Assembly (NCBI GenBank): GCA_050251945.1
Contig: JBFWLW010000009.1
Span: 21,431-85,430, forward strand
DNA: 64,000 nt
Direction of reading: 5' to 3'
Source of the DNA: Deferribacterales bacterium
GTDB taxonomy: Bacteria; Chrysiogenota; Deferribacteres; Deferribacterales; Geovibrionaceae
Shown: positions 36,479-46,247 of the stretch, piece after piece
How the letters are laid out: each line of letters starts with the position of its first letter
Numbering within the stretch: position 1 is the stretch's first letter
Position numbers and translations under genes: made by a program
The notes under the pieces: model-generated
The model's input: the letters and a program-made list of their open reading frames with translations, nothing else
The model's database searches: none
Told to the model about the DNA's origin: nothing

Positions 36479-39316
36479 TTAATAACCGAATCTTATTTCT
36501 GACTTAACAGTTACAGGCTGGATATCCTCCATCTCCGTATCAGCAGCAGCCGCATTCACTGTCGGTACAAAAACTGATGCAGTGATGTTTGAGGCTGAAA
36601 CAGGCGTAATTGTGGTTGTAGTGAACTGAAGCTCTGAAGTTACGTCCTCAATGCTGTAACCGTTCACCTCGCCTTCGGCGCTGAGGTTAAACAGCCAGCT
36701 TCCCGCTGACATAAGGAGCGAATCGCCGGAAGCCGGAGACATTGCCGAAACCCCCATAATATCCATGAAACTCTTTATCCATGGCACGTCGCCGCTGGTC
36801 ATATCCACCGCCGCAACAGCCTGATATGAATTCAGTGACTGAGAATCGTCGTCAGCCCCCGCAAAGAACATATAGAGCATATCCCCGCTCTCCTGAAGCT
36901 TCGTGTAATAAGATTCAACAGTAAGCAGCGGATCGGCAGAGGTCAGAACGTTATGGTATACTAAGCTGAATGCGTAAGTTTCGTTATTCGTACTGAGGTT
37001 ATGTTCAAGATCATCCAGAACTGGCTGATAAACTGAGCCGTTGTCAGGTTTTTCCGAATAGGAAAGGTATATCTTGTCGTTTGAACTGCCCACAACCAGA
37101 TTCAGGTCTTTAACAGCTCTGTCATCTATAACGGTACTGTTGCCGATAAGATTAAGGTCGGAATCGAACACAAGCATATTGCATGTGCTTTTTTCTCCCG
37201 AAGTCTCCTGCTGTGTCAGAAGAACCACTCTGTTCTTACTTTTTACAACACCCATCGCAACGGGCGTGATATCAACGCCAGCCTCAGCCAGATGAGTTGC
37301 TGAAAGGGTCTCTCCGTTCGCTGCGGATATCTTGATCATATTCGCGGTCTTAACGCCGCCCTGATAACCCTTCATGAGAACAGCAACTTCCGTTGAATTC
37401 TTGATGAGCGCCATTGAAACGAATCCGGAAGCTGACGATGTTTCATCGTTTCCGTTTGAATAGGTGTTGACCCATTTTATTGTTGAAAGGTCTGATGAAA
37501 TCCGCATGACAACGACCTTGTTGGTATCTTTAATACCCGCCGCAAGCAGAATTTCGTTTCCGAGAACACCCTCAACCTGTGCGTTATAAAGCTCCATGTC
37601 ATGCTGAGACATCTTTATCAGTCCCGCGTTTATGCTGTGTCCTCTGGATGTGAAACTGCCCTTCATAACAATGGGGTTATAGTTTACATCATCGGATGTG
37701 GTCAAACCTGAATATCCCACTGCAAAAACACTTGAAGAAGAGCTGTAGTAGATGTCATTCAGGGTGATTCCTGACTCGTCGGCCGCTTCAACATGTGAAA
37801 GCGCAGTGGAGAAACCGCCGCCAAGCGCCGGGAAGGAATCATCGGTCAGCTCGCCGTAAACGGCGTTATTCGTAAAATAGCTGTATGGCATATAAATAGT
37901 ATAAACACTGTCATTGCTGTCATAAAAATTGAAAGTTAACGCACCGTCCGATATACCTGAGATTGTAAGAGAAGCAGTATCAATATAGAATGAGGGTCTC
38001 TGCATCGAAAGCCAGCTTTCGCCATCGTCGCTTTGCCCCTGTCCGTCTTCCAGCTTATAATGTACGTCCGCGCGGATGACCCACGAGGGAAGCTGAACCA
38101 GAAACGACATTTTGTCGGCACTGGTCAGGGGAGATACGGTGGGGATTTCGGAATATGCGGGAGCGTCATAATCGTGGCTGCCGCGTATATGGTATGTTTC
38201 ACTGTCTGTACCGGAACCTTCCGTTATGCCGAACGCAACAGATGCACCGCCTGCAACATTGCCCGTGTAGGGTATGAGCGAATAATTTATTTCATCCGGT
38301 ATCGAAAGGTTTTCATCAAAGGCCGTAGCCTGACGCATATAGTAATCGCCTGTGTCGGGATTAAGCGTTTTCGTATATCCGGTCGTCGTTATCCCGTCGC
38401 CTGAAACCGACAGGCTGTCTATATTGTCCGAATCGTCGTCATAGTTTTTGTATACTTCAAGACCGTATATGGTCGTCTCCGGATCGTCAACAAACTCAAT
38501 TGCGGCATGGCGTATTTTCATTCCGTACTGCATGCCGTTGCCTGCTATCTTCCACTCGTCGTTCTCTATAACAAAGTTGATATCGTCGAACTCGACTGAA
38601 CCGTCGGCATAGATAAATTTCATAAGATAACTTGCCTGAGACAGTGTTCCGTCGTTTTGGACGTCAGTTTTGGCTGTGGCGCTTCTGCTCCATGAAACAA
38701 GCTCCACGCGGGAAAGGCTTATCCCCGAATCGAAAGCGAATTTACCGGAGTCCTCTTCCATCATATCGCTTATGAAAGCGCTTCTGTCCATTCCGTCCTT
38801 AACACCGAAATTTGCGGCTACGACTGCGTCAGCTTCCGCAGAGGTCAGCGTACCGTCCATTCCTTTTGAAGCCACATCGAGAACCATGTTCTCAACCGCA
38901 TATTTATCTTTAAATGTACAGATGATGTTGACGTCGACAACCTGCCCGGGAATTATCGTGGCTGTGTCCCCGCCCATGCAGACCATGCTGCCTGAGGGTC
39001 CATATGCCGACACGGTAAAACTGTATTCCTGCCCCGGTTCAAGTCCGTTGATGTAAATATCGCTGTCATTCTGAACGCTGGAAATTACTTCTTTTGTGCT
39101 GAGGTTCGATCCGTAGCCGTAACCTATGATGATTGAGTTAATGAGAGTGCTGCCGACCTGCATTCTGCTTGTTACGCCGCTTTTTGAAGCGGTAAGGTCT
39201 TCAAATTCCAGCTTAACTTTCGCCGAATATCTGCTTTTTGAGGCAGTGGTGCCGCCGCCGCATGAGACCAGCAGAACCGAGAAAATACACAACAAGATCA
39301 ACCTGACATTAAACAC
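36479..39316 (-). CDS. Large acidic surface lipoprotein of unknown function (paralog B)
   Basis: GTG start after GGAGG; lipobox LVSC followed by GGGTT; 'LEPGQEYSFTVSAY'; homologous to 28007-31000. Confidence 0.8.
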   Translation of the reverse strand: MFNVRLILLCIFSVLLVSCGGGTTASKSRYSAKVKLEFEDLTASKSGVTSRMQVGSTLINSIIIGYGYGSNLSTKEVISSVQNDSDIYINGLEPGQEYSFTVSAYGPSGSMVCMGGDTATIIPGQVVDVNIICTFKDKYAVENMVLDVASKGMDGTLTSAEADAVVAANFGVKDGMDRSAFISDMMEEDSGKFAFDSGISLSRVELVSWSRSATAKTDVQNDGTLSQASYLMKFIYADGSVEFDDINFVIENDEWKIAGNGMQYGMKIRHAAIEFVDDPETTIYGLEVYKNYDDDSDNIDSLSVSGDGITTTGYTKTLNPDTGDYYMRQATAFDENLSIPDEINYSLIPYTGNVAGGASVAFGITEGSGTDSETYHIRGSHDYDAPAYSEIPTVSPLTSADKMSFLVQLPSWVIRADVHYKLEDGQGQSDDGESWLSMQRPSFYIDTASLTISGISDGALTFNFYDSNDSVYTIYMPYSYFTNNAVYGELTDDSFPALGGGFSTALSHVEAADESGITLNDIYYSSSSSVFAVGYSGLTTSDDVNYNPIVMKGSFTSRGHSINAGLIKMSQHDMELYNAQVEGVLGNEILLAAGIKDTNKVVVMRISSDLSTIKWVNTYSNGNDETSSASGFVSMALIKNSTEVAVLMKGYQGGVKTANMIKISAANGETLSATHLAEAGVDITPVAMGVVKSKNRVVLLTQQETSGEKSTCNMLVFDSDLNLIGNSTVIDDRAVKDLNLVVGSSNDKIYLSYSEKPDNGSVYQPVLDDLEHNLSTNNETYAFSLVYHNVLTSADPLLTVESYYTKLQESGDMLYMFFAGADDDSQSLNSYQAVAAVDMTSGDVPWIKSFMDIMGVSAMSPASGDSLLMSAGSWLFNLSAEGEVNGYSIEDVTSELQFTTTTITPVSASNITASVFVPTVNAAAADTEMEDIQPVTVKSEIRFGY

Positions 39317-39409
39317 AATGCTCCTCCGATCAACGCCTGAATAATACCCGAAGTATATACTTGTCGAAAGAACTAAACAAGACAACTTGTGTTTAAATGA
39401 TGGAAAAAA

Positions 39410-40195
39410 TCATACTTTTTTAAATATCGCAGAGAGGTTTTCAAGACACGGCAGAACCTCTCTGACAGATGATACTTTGTCGACATCTATGTCAGCATAG
39501 ACAACACATTCGTCGGTTCCCGCCTCCGTTTCGCAGAGACCGAACGGCGAATATACTGCTGAATGACCGGAAAAACTGCCGCCGCAGATATCCGCACATG
39601 CAAAATAGGCTGTGTTTTCAAGTGCGCGCGCAGAAAGAAGTGTTTTAAGGTGGTGTAATTTATGTTCACCGGAATACCATGCGGCGGGAACAAGAAAGAG
39701 CTGAACACCGCTGAGCGCCGCACCGCGAAAAACCTCCGGAAAGCGCAGGTCGTAGCATATACCGAGACTGCATCTCACTCCGCATACTTCAAATTCCTGC
39801 GGAAGTATGCTTCCGGCGATCATATCGTCCGATTCCTTAACCGACAGAGCATCGAAAAGGTGCAGTTTGCGGTAAACTGCCTTCGTGCCTCCGTCGGGAG
39901 CAACCACCACGGCAGTGTTATAAACTTTTTCGGCTGCTGTCTTTTCCCAGAGGCACACACAGGCGTGAACCCCCGCCTCTTCGCAGGCTTTCCGCACCTC
40001 TGTGATGAATTCACCTTTATCTATATCCTCCGCCATATCGGAGAGCGACACCGAATCGGTTTTCACCCCCATACAAGTCTCTGGAAAAAGGATAAGGTCG
40101 CTGCCCAGCCCGTAGCGTTTAATTGCCGATAATATCTTATCGAGGTTCTCTTTTTTGTTCTGTCCGTGTTTTATCTGTGCTATCGCCAGTTTCAT
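39410..40195 (-). CDS. Carbon-nitrogen hydrolase (nitrilase superfamily, Nit1/YbeM-like amidase)
   Basis: Catalytic triad motifs 'LFPE', 'YRKLHLFD', 'ICYDLRFPE'. Confidence 0.9.
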   Translation of the reverse strand: MKLAIAQIKHGQNKKENLDKILSAIKRYGLGSDLILFPETCMGVKTDSVSLSDMAEDIDKGEFITEVRKACEEAGVHACVCLWEKTAAEKVYNTAVVVAPDGGTKAVYRKLHLFDALSVKESDDMIAGSILPQEFEVCGVRCSLGICYDLRFPEVFRGAALSGVQLFLVPAAWYSGEHKLHHLKTLLSARALENTAYFACADICGGSFSGHSAVYSPFGLCETEAGTDECVVYADIDVDKVSSVREVLPCLENLSAIFKKV

Positions 40196-40368
40196 ATATC
40201 ACCGTTTTAACAAGTCTTTGTTTGCATTATGCTTCAAAAGCTGATAAAAACCTTGCAGTTACTCCGGTTGTTCATATTGTATGAGGCAGGCTTTTTAAAA
40301 GCAAGCACACAAATTCGGAATAAAATAACCTTTGTTATTTTTTTATAAACAAAAAATGAGGTGAAACT

Positions 40369-40659
40369 ATGGGCTGCTGCGGCGGAAACAACCATAAGGA
40401 AGACAAATGCGGCTGTGAAAGCGACGGTTGCGGAACTCCCGAAGAGATGATGAGCTTCGCGTTCAATCTTGAAAAATCAATGTTTGAAGAGCTGAACGAA
40501 GCTGCGAAAGCAAACGAAATGAGCTTTGAAGAGTTCATCTACAACTGTATGGAAGTGGGCATTGCCATCACAAACGGCGAACTCGCTCTCATAGACACAG
40601 ATCAGCTTAACTGCTGTGAAGAAGGCGAAGAAGAGGAAGGCGGCTGCGACTGTAAATAA
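40369..40659 (+). CDS. Small acidic Cys-rich protein with ribbon-helix-helix-like core
   Basis: GAGGTG RBS; 10 Cys mostly at both termini; central 'SFAFNLEKSMFEELNEAAKANEMSFEEFIYNCM'. Confidence 0.75.
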   Translation: MGCCGGNNHKEDKCGCESDGCGTPEEMMSFAFNLEKSMFEELNEAAKANEMSFEEFIYNCMEVGIAITNGELALIDTDQLNCCEEGEEEEGGCDCK

Positions 40660-43205
40660 TACCACGGCTGGATCTCGCGGTATATCGCCACGGTACGTGT
40701 GCGGATGTCCGTAACCAGTCTTAAAGGTTTTTTGGAGAATCTGAAGTAGCCCACGACCTTTTCAAGCCCTTCAGGTTCTTCAACAGCCTTTCTTATCATA
40801 TTGACAGCCTTGACTATTGTATCGTCCATAAGAAAATTATCCTTATCCTCAAGCACACAGATATAGGTCATATTCGATTCCACAACCTCGTGGAAAAAAT
40901 GCGTTCCGTATGACATCTCCGGCACCAGCCCGCGCTCAATCCTGCCTATCTCGACAACTGCCTGCATTCCGTCTATATCCGAGAAACTCACCGGAACACC
41001 AAGCGACGTGACGCTGGAACCCCACCTGCCGTAACCCATAAGCACACTGCTGAACCCTTTCTCTTTCACCCGCTGATTCAGGATACCGATTACTCTGGCA
41101 CATTCCTTCTTTTTTTCCGGCGGCAGAAGGACGTATTCGTCCCAGTTCACATATATCACCGTATCAATTGGTATTGAGTTGTTGCCGCCCAGAAACGTTC
41201 CCTTCGCCTTGAATACGGTATATTCGCGGCTTCCGGCGCGGTTGTCCTCGTCGCTGATACGCTGAACCTGAACAGGTCTGCATTGCAGGATATTTATAAA
41301 ATACTGCTGTTCATCCTGAAAGCTGATGGTAAACTCTATCTCCACAGGGCTGTTGTACTCCGTTTCAAGGGTTTTCAGCACCTCGGCAAGGGTCTTTATC
41401 ACAGAAGTTTTGTTTATCACGTGGTCAAGGTCAACCATCCATGAAGTTATATTGGAGCCTGTGGCGCGGTAAATGGTCTTCTCGGTCTCAATATCTCTCG
41501 ACGCTATCAGGTTCAGAGACGGTCTGAACGACGTCTGGTCAAGGTCGGAAGGTTTTATTTCACGTATCCTGTTCGCAACCGTGTCAACCACGTCCATAAG
41601 CCGCTGGCTGTATACTCTCTTGTTCTCGGCACCGGGCATAGGGTTATCGTTTGGTCTGTTGACGGCTATCATCCGCGCATAATCTGTCCCGCACCGGCTG
41701 ACAGCCCTTGTGCCAAGCCCCGCAACCATACGCAGAAGCCCCGATTCGGGGTCTATTTTTTTATCCCATACGAACGAGTTATAAGAATGTCCCACTCCAG
41801 CTATGTGAGGGAAGAAAAAATTTCCCTGATACACGCCGGAAACGCGCTGTATCACCACAGACATGACATCCGCCCTGTCGTGGAGTCTCGCCGCTTTTTT
41901 ATAACTCTGCGCCTCGCGGGCAAAGGTGCTGGCGAAAACTGATTTGACAACGTCCGCAAGCTGGGAAAGCATCTGCGCGTCGTCACCCGAAAGGATGCAG
42001 AAACGGCTTTCGTATCTTCCTGCGTACGAACTGCGGAAGCTGTCCTCCTGCAATGAGCTTGAACGCACAATGATGGGAAAGTGACCGTAATAGTCTACAA
42101 GGTCTTCCAGACGTTCCAGTATCTCAGGAGGCATCCTGCCGTTCATGACAAGCCTGTGGAGCCTTCTGCTCTTGTTTCCGTCGGGATCGTGGGAAAACGA
42201 GATATAATCGTCCCATAAGCTGTTGTATATCAGAAAAGTATAGAAAGCATCCGCGCCCAGAAAAAAGCTGTCGTCGCTTTCCGCGAAGTATTTAAGAAGG
42301 TGCGGAAGTTTTTTGCGGATTATCTTTCTGGCGATAAGCATACCCGCCGCCTTTCCGCCTATGAAGCCGGAACCTATTGTACGCTTGCGGATTATCTTCA
42401 TCTCTTCAAGGGTGAAGTTGTTCGCAGCAAGCTCAAGTATGCGCTCGTCCATGCCGAGAAGAACGCGGCACAGTCTGTTCACAGCCTCCTGCTCTTCCGA
42501 GTCCCCGTCACCGAGGAACAGATCGTCCAGACAGGTGAAATACTGCATGTCGCTCCGTCTGTCCGGCGGATTCTGCATTTTGAGGGCTTCCAGCGTATCC
42601 TGAACGGGTCGCACGCCCTTTTTCGGTTCCATTATATATGGTTTATACATCGCCGCAGAGTGCCTGTCTTTAGCCTTTCTGGGGACAAGGCAATATCTGC
42701 CCAGATTGTCCCGCATGACGCGGACTGATACCGTGGCAACGTCTGTTATCTTTCTGGAAGTGAATTGTCTGTGACACTTGCGCTGAACAGCGGTAAATGT
42801 GGTGAGCCTGCGCATCTTTGCGAAATCCATGATCAGCTGATACGCATATCCGATGAGCCAGTCGGAACCCCAGTATGCCATTAATCCTGTGAGACAGTCC
42901 ATTATTATAATGTCGCCGTCGTCAACCCGCATGACGTATCTGGAACAGTCCTCGACAAAATGCTCGAATCCCGCGGAAGGATCCACACGGAAAACAGTCA
43001 GATTTTCAGAGAATATATCCGGATCAAAATCCCGGCAAAAGCTGATAAAATGAAATTTCCCGCCAAAGCCGCTCATGTCGGAAACCAGAGTTTCCGCTAT
43101 CTGCATATAACTTTGCGGGTTTTCCATTTGAAAAACGACACCGTCACCCTGACGTAAACCGCCCGCTAATGTAACAATGCCGTCGCCCGACAAACTTCTG
43201 TTCAT
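40602..43205 (-). CDS. PEP/pyruvate-binding (PPDK N-terminal, ATP-grasp-like) domain protein
   Basis: 'IGGKAAG', 'IIVRSSSLQEDSF...AGRYES', 'AGLGTRAV', 'EIEF', 'LQCRP', 'GRWGS', 'SYGTHFF'. Confidence 0.85.
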   Translation of the reverse strand: MNRSLSGDGIVTLAGGLRQGDGVVFQMENPQSYMQIAETLVSDMSGFGGKFHFISFCRDFDPDIFSENLTVFRVDPSAGFEHFVEDCSRYVMRVDDGDIIIMDCLTGLMAYWGSDWLIGYAYQLIMDFAKMRRLTTFTAVQRKCHRQFTSRKITDVATVSVRVMRDNLGRYCLVPRKAKDRHSAAMYKPYIMEPKKGVRPVQDTLEALKMQNPPDRRSDMQYFTCLDDLFLGDGDSEEQEAVNRLCRVLLGMDERILELAANNFTLEEMKIIRKRTIGSGFIGGKAAGMLIARKIIRKKLPHLLKYFAESDDSFFLGADAFYTFLIYNSLWDDYISFSHDPDGNKSRRLHRLVMNGRMPPEILERLEDLVDYYGHFPIIVRSSSLQEDSFRSSYAGRYESRFCILSGDDAQMLSQLADVVKSVFASTFAREAQSYKKAARLHDRADVMSVVIQRVSGVYQGNFFFPHIAGVGHSYNSFVWDKKIDPESGLLRMVAGLGTRAVSRCGTDYARMIAVNRPNDNPMPGAENKRVYSQRLMDVVDTVANRIREIKPSDLDQTSFRPSLNLIASRDIETEKTIYRATGSNITSWMVDLDHVINKTSVIKTLAEVLKTLETEYNSPVEIEFTISFQDEQQYFINILQCRPVQVQRISDEDNRAGSREYTVFKAKGTFLGGNNSIPIDTVIYVNWDEYVLLPPEKKKECARVIGILNQRVKEKGFSSVLMGYGRWGSSVTSLGVPVSFSDIDGMQAVVEIGRIERGLVPEMSYGTHFFHEVVESNMTYICVLEDKDNFLMDDTIVKAVNMIRKAVEEPEGLEKVVGYFRFSKKPLRLVTDIRTRTVAIYREIQPWYYLQSQPPSSSSPSSQQLS

Positions 43206-43233
43206 TCAACCTCTGCCGGTATTTTTTTAAAAA

Positions 43234-43572
43234 CTACTGCTCCGAACAGTTCTTCGGGTTAATATGCTTCAGCTTCTGCGTATCCTGAGCAACCGTTTCG
43301 TCCTGTTTCATTCCGTTAACTGTGACGTTAAGTATGTCCGCAACGAAGCTGTCCTTTTTGTTAAGGCTGTAGATGATCCATCTGCCGTCTTTTTTAGAGG
43401 TAACGATGCCCGCGTTGCGAAGCACTTTGAGATGTGACGAAATAGTGGACATAGAGATATGCAGAACCGCATTGATCTCACATACGCACAGATCGCGAAT
43501 ACCAAGCATACAAACTATCCTAAGCCTGTTGCCGTCTCCCAATGCTTTAAAAACTTCAACCTTTGAATTCAT
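43234..43572 (-). CDS. ArsR/SmtB family transcriptional regulator
   Basis: 'FKALGDGNRLRI', 'LCVCEI', 'ISSHLKVLRNAGIV', 'DGRWIIY'. Confidence 0.92.
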   Translation of the reverse strand: MNSKVEVFKALGDGNRLRIVCMLGIRDLCVCEINAVLHISMSTISSHLKVLRNAGIVTSKKDGRWIIYSLNKKDSFVADILNVTVNGMKQDETVAQDTQKLKHINPKNCSEQ

Positions 43573-43713
43573 TAGAACCCACCTGAAAAAAATAATTCTG
43601 ACGAGATATTAACACCGTTAATTTTTGAATTATCAGAACAAATAATCATATCCCCAAAATAGTCAAAAATCAAACTATTATACAGCTAAATTTTAGCCAT
43701 AATTCACAATAAA

Positions 43714-44082
43714 TCAATCATAAAGGTTTGATATCGCCTGCAGGAGTAGTTTTTTGTTAACTGGTTTAAATACAACGGCGTTGACATCTTCAAGACATTC
43801 GGTTTCATTTCGGTAGGCAGTGGTAACGATGATCGGTACTTGCTGGTTTATTTTTCTGATGTGAGAGATCATTTCAAACCCGCTCATTTCCGGCATTGAG
43901 AGGTCAGTGATAACGATATCCGGCGCTTCGGAGGAGAACTTTTCCAGTCCTTCCCTGCCGTCGGCGGCAATAACAATATCTTTAAAATACTTAGAAATCA
44001 TCCTTGAGGCCATTTCGCGTGTGATATCATCGTCCTCAACATAAAGAACCTTAAACTCTTTCAGCTTTTCCAATGAATCCAT
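43714..44082 (-). CDS. Single-domain response regulator
   Basis: 'LYVEDD', 'ITDLSMPEMSG', 'TTA', 'KP'. Confidence 0.88.
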   Translation of the reverse strand: MDSLEKLKEFKVLYVEDDDITREMASRMISKYFKDIVIAADGREGLEKFSSEAPDIVITDLSMPEMSGFEMISHIRKINQQVPIIVTTAYRNETECLEDVNAVVFKPVNKKLLLQAISNLYD

Positions 44083-44309
44083 CTGCTGCCTTCTTACAAA
44101 ACTTTTGTCCCGAAACATATTATACATGTTTTTAAGTTAGAATAAAGAATTAATGTCAAAATACACTGTTTTTATCCTTTAGTTCATTTTACCACGAATA
44201 AAATCAGATGATTGAAAAATCAAAAGAAAACTGTTAATGTAAACCAATTATTATTTTTGCGGAGACTGACATTTTAAGTTCCAGTAATTTTCGCACACTA
44301 TTTGAAGAT

Positions 44310-46247
44310 ATGTCCGATCCGGTCGTGCTTCTTGAAGGGGACACACCGGCAAGGCTTAACGATGCTGCACACAGGCATTTCGGCAAAACATGCATGGTGG
44401 AGCTTCTGAAAAAGGACATAGACGATTTCAGGCTTTCCGATGAAAGAAAAGCATCTTTCAGACGTGAACTTGAGGTTGATGACGGAATCTCTGTATACAA
44501 TATCAGGATAAAATCAGTTTCGCCGGATAAAAAAACACTTCTGATCGAATTTTCGGATATTTCCGAAGAGGAAAAGCTGAAAAACAGATTAAGCTTCCTG
44601 CAATCCATGATGGATTCCATTCCGAACCCGATCTTCTATAAATCCCCAGACGGAAAATACATCGGCTGCAACAAGATGTTTGAAAGATACGTCGGCGTTT
44701 CAAAAGATGAACTCGCAGGCAAGACCGTTAGGGACATAACACCCCACGACTGGAAATTCCAGTGCGCACGCACGGATATGCAGATAGTCGGCACCGGAAA
44801 ACTCAAACCTTATGAAACTATCATAACCATGCCGGACGGCGGCAACAGGAACGTTATATTCTCAAAAGCACTGCTGAAAAACTCCGAAGGGAAACCCGAA
44901 GCCATTGTCGGCACCATTCAGGACATAACCGAGCGGAAAAAAGCAGAGGACAAAATACAGAAACTCGCTTACTACGATACCCTTACGGGCTTACCAAACC
45001 GCCAGCTTCTGCTTGACCGCATAAGGATCATGGTGGAACATTCAAAGCGGAATGAAGAAACATTCGCAGTACTGTTCATAGACGTTGACCGTTTCAAGAC
45101 CATAAACGACACGCTGGGTCACACGGCAGGCGACCAGCTCCTTATGAATATCGCAAACATACTTAAGGCGAACGTCCGCTCCTGCGACACGGTTGCAAGG
45201 CTCGGCGGAGACGAATTTGTCATCGTGCTTACAAACGTTGACGAAAAGACCGTAAGCCACATAGCCGGCAAGCTTATGAATATGCTTTCCAGACCCCAGT
45301 TCGTTAACGGACACGAGCTTTTCTCCAGCCTCAGTATCGGTATCAGCATGTTTCCCCTGGATGCTGAAGAAGGAGAAACGCTCCTTAAAAATGCAGACAT
45401 GGCAATGTATCAGGCAAAAGAACAGGGGCGAAATAACTTCCAGTTCTTCTCTCAGGATATGAATAACAAGGTCATGCATAGACTTGTTATGGAAAACGAC
45501 CTGCGTCATGCTATGGACAGGGACGAATTCTATCTCGAATATCAGCCGCAGTATAACGTTGATACCGGAAAGATGTTCGGCGTGGAAGCTCTTCTGCGCT
45601 GGCATAAACCGGAAAAGGGCATTATGCCCCCGGCAAGTTTTATATCTCTTGCCGAAGACACCGGACTCATACTCCCTATAGGCGAATGGGTGCTTCTGCG
45701 CGCCTGCTTCCAGAGCAAAGAGTGGGAGCTTAACACCGGACAGAAGATAATCACTTCTGTAAATATCTCCGCAGTGCAGTTTAAACAGAAAAATTTCCTC
45801 AACAGTATAAAGAATATATTGAAAGTTACAGGTGCAGACCCCACCTGCATAGAGCTTGAACTGACAGAAAGCGTCCTTATGACAGACGTCGACCAGACAC
45901 TTCAGACCCTCAAAGAGCTGAAGGATCTTGGTCTTAAGCTCTCCATAGACGATTTCGGTACAGGTTACTCATCGCTGAACTATCTGCGTTTTTTCCCCAT
46001 AGACAGGCTGAAAATAGACCGTTCATTCATATCTAACATCATGAACGATAAGGACAATGCCGCTATCACACAGGCTATTATCGCAATGGCGGAAACCCTC
46101 AAGCTTCAGGTTACGGCGGAAGGAGTGGAGCAGGAAGACGAGCTGAACACCCTTCGCAGCTTCAAGTGCCACGATATTCAGGGTTTTCTGCTCGCCAGAC
46201 CTTCATCTCCGGAAATCATCAACAAACTTATGTCGGATTCCCTATAA
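44310..46247 (+). CDS. PAS-GGDEF-EAL diguanylate cyclase/phosphodiesterase
   Basis: PAS/PAC 'DSIPNPIFYK...QDITERK', 'RLGGDEF', 'VEALLRW', 'IDDFGTGYSSL'; start uncertain. Confidence 0.92.
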   Translation: MSDPVVLLEGDTPARLNDAAHRHFGKTCMVELLKKDIDDFRLSDERKASFRRELEVDDGISVYNIRIKSVSPDKKTLLIEFSDISEEEKLKNRLSFLQSMMDSIPNPIFYKSPDGKYIGCNKMFERYVGVSKDELAGKTVRDITPHDWKFQCARTDMQIVGTGKLKPYETIITMPDGGNRNVIFSKALLKNSEGKPEAIVGTIQDITERKKAEDKIQKLAYYDTLTGLPNRQLLLDRIRIMVEHSKRNEETFAVLFIDVDRFKTINDTLGHTAGDQLLMNIANILKANVRSCDTVARLGGDEFVIVLTNVDEKTVSHIAGKLMNMLSRPQFVNGHELFSSLSIGISMFPLDAEEGETLLKNADMAMYQAKEQGRNNFQFFSQDMNNKVMHRLVMENDLRHAMDRDEFYLEYQPQYNVDTGKMFGVEALLRWHKPEKGIMPPASFISLAEDTGLILPIGEWVLLRACFQSKEWELNTGQKIITSVNISAVQFKQKNFLNSIKNILKVTGADPTCIELELTESVLMTDVDQTLQTLKELKDLGLKLSIDDFGTGYSSLNYLRFFPIDRLKIDRSFISNIMNDKDNAAITQAIIAMAETLKLQVTAEGVEQEDELNTLRSFKCHDIQGFLLARPSSPEIINKLMSDSL

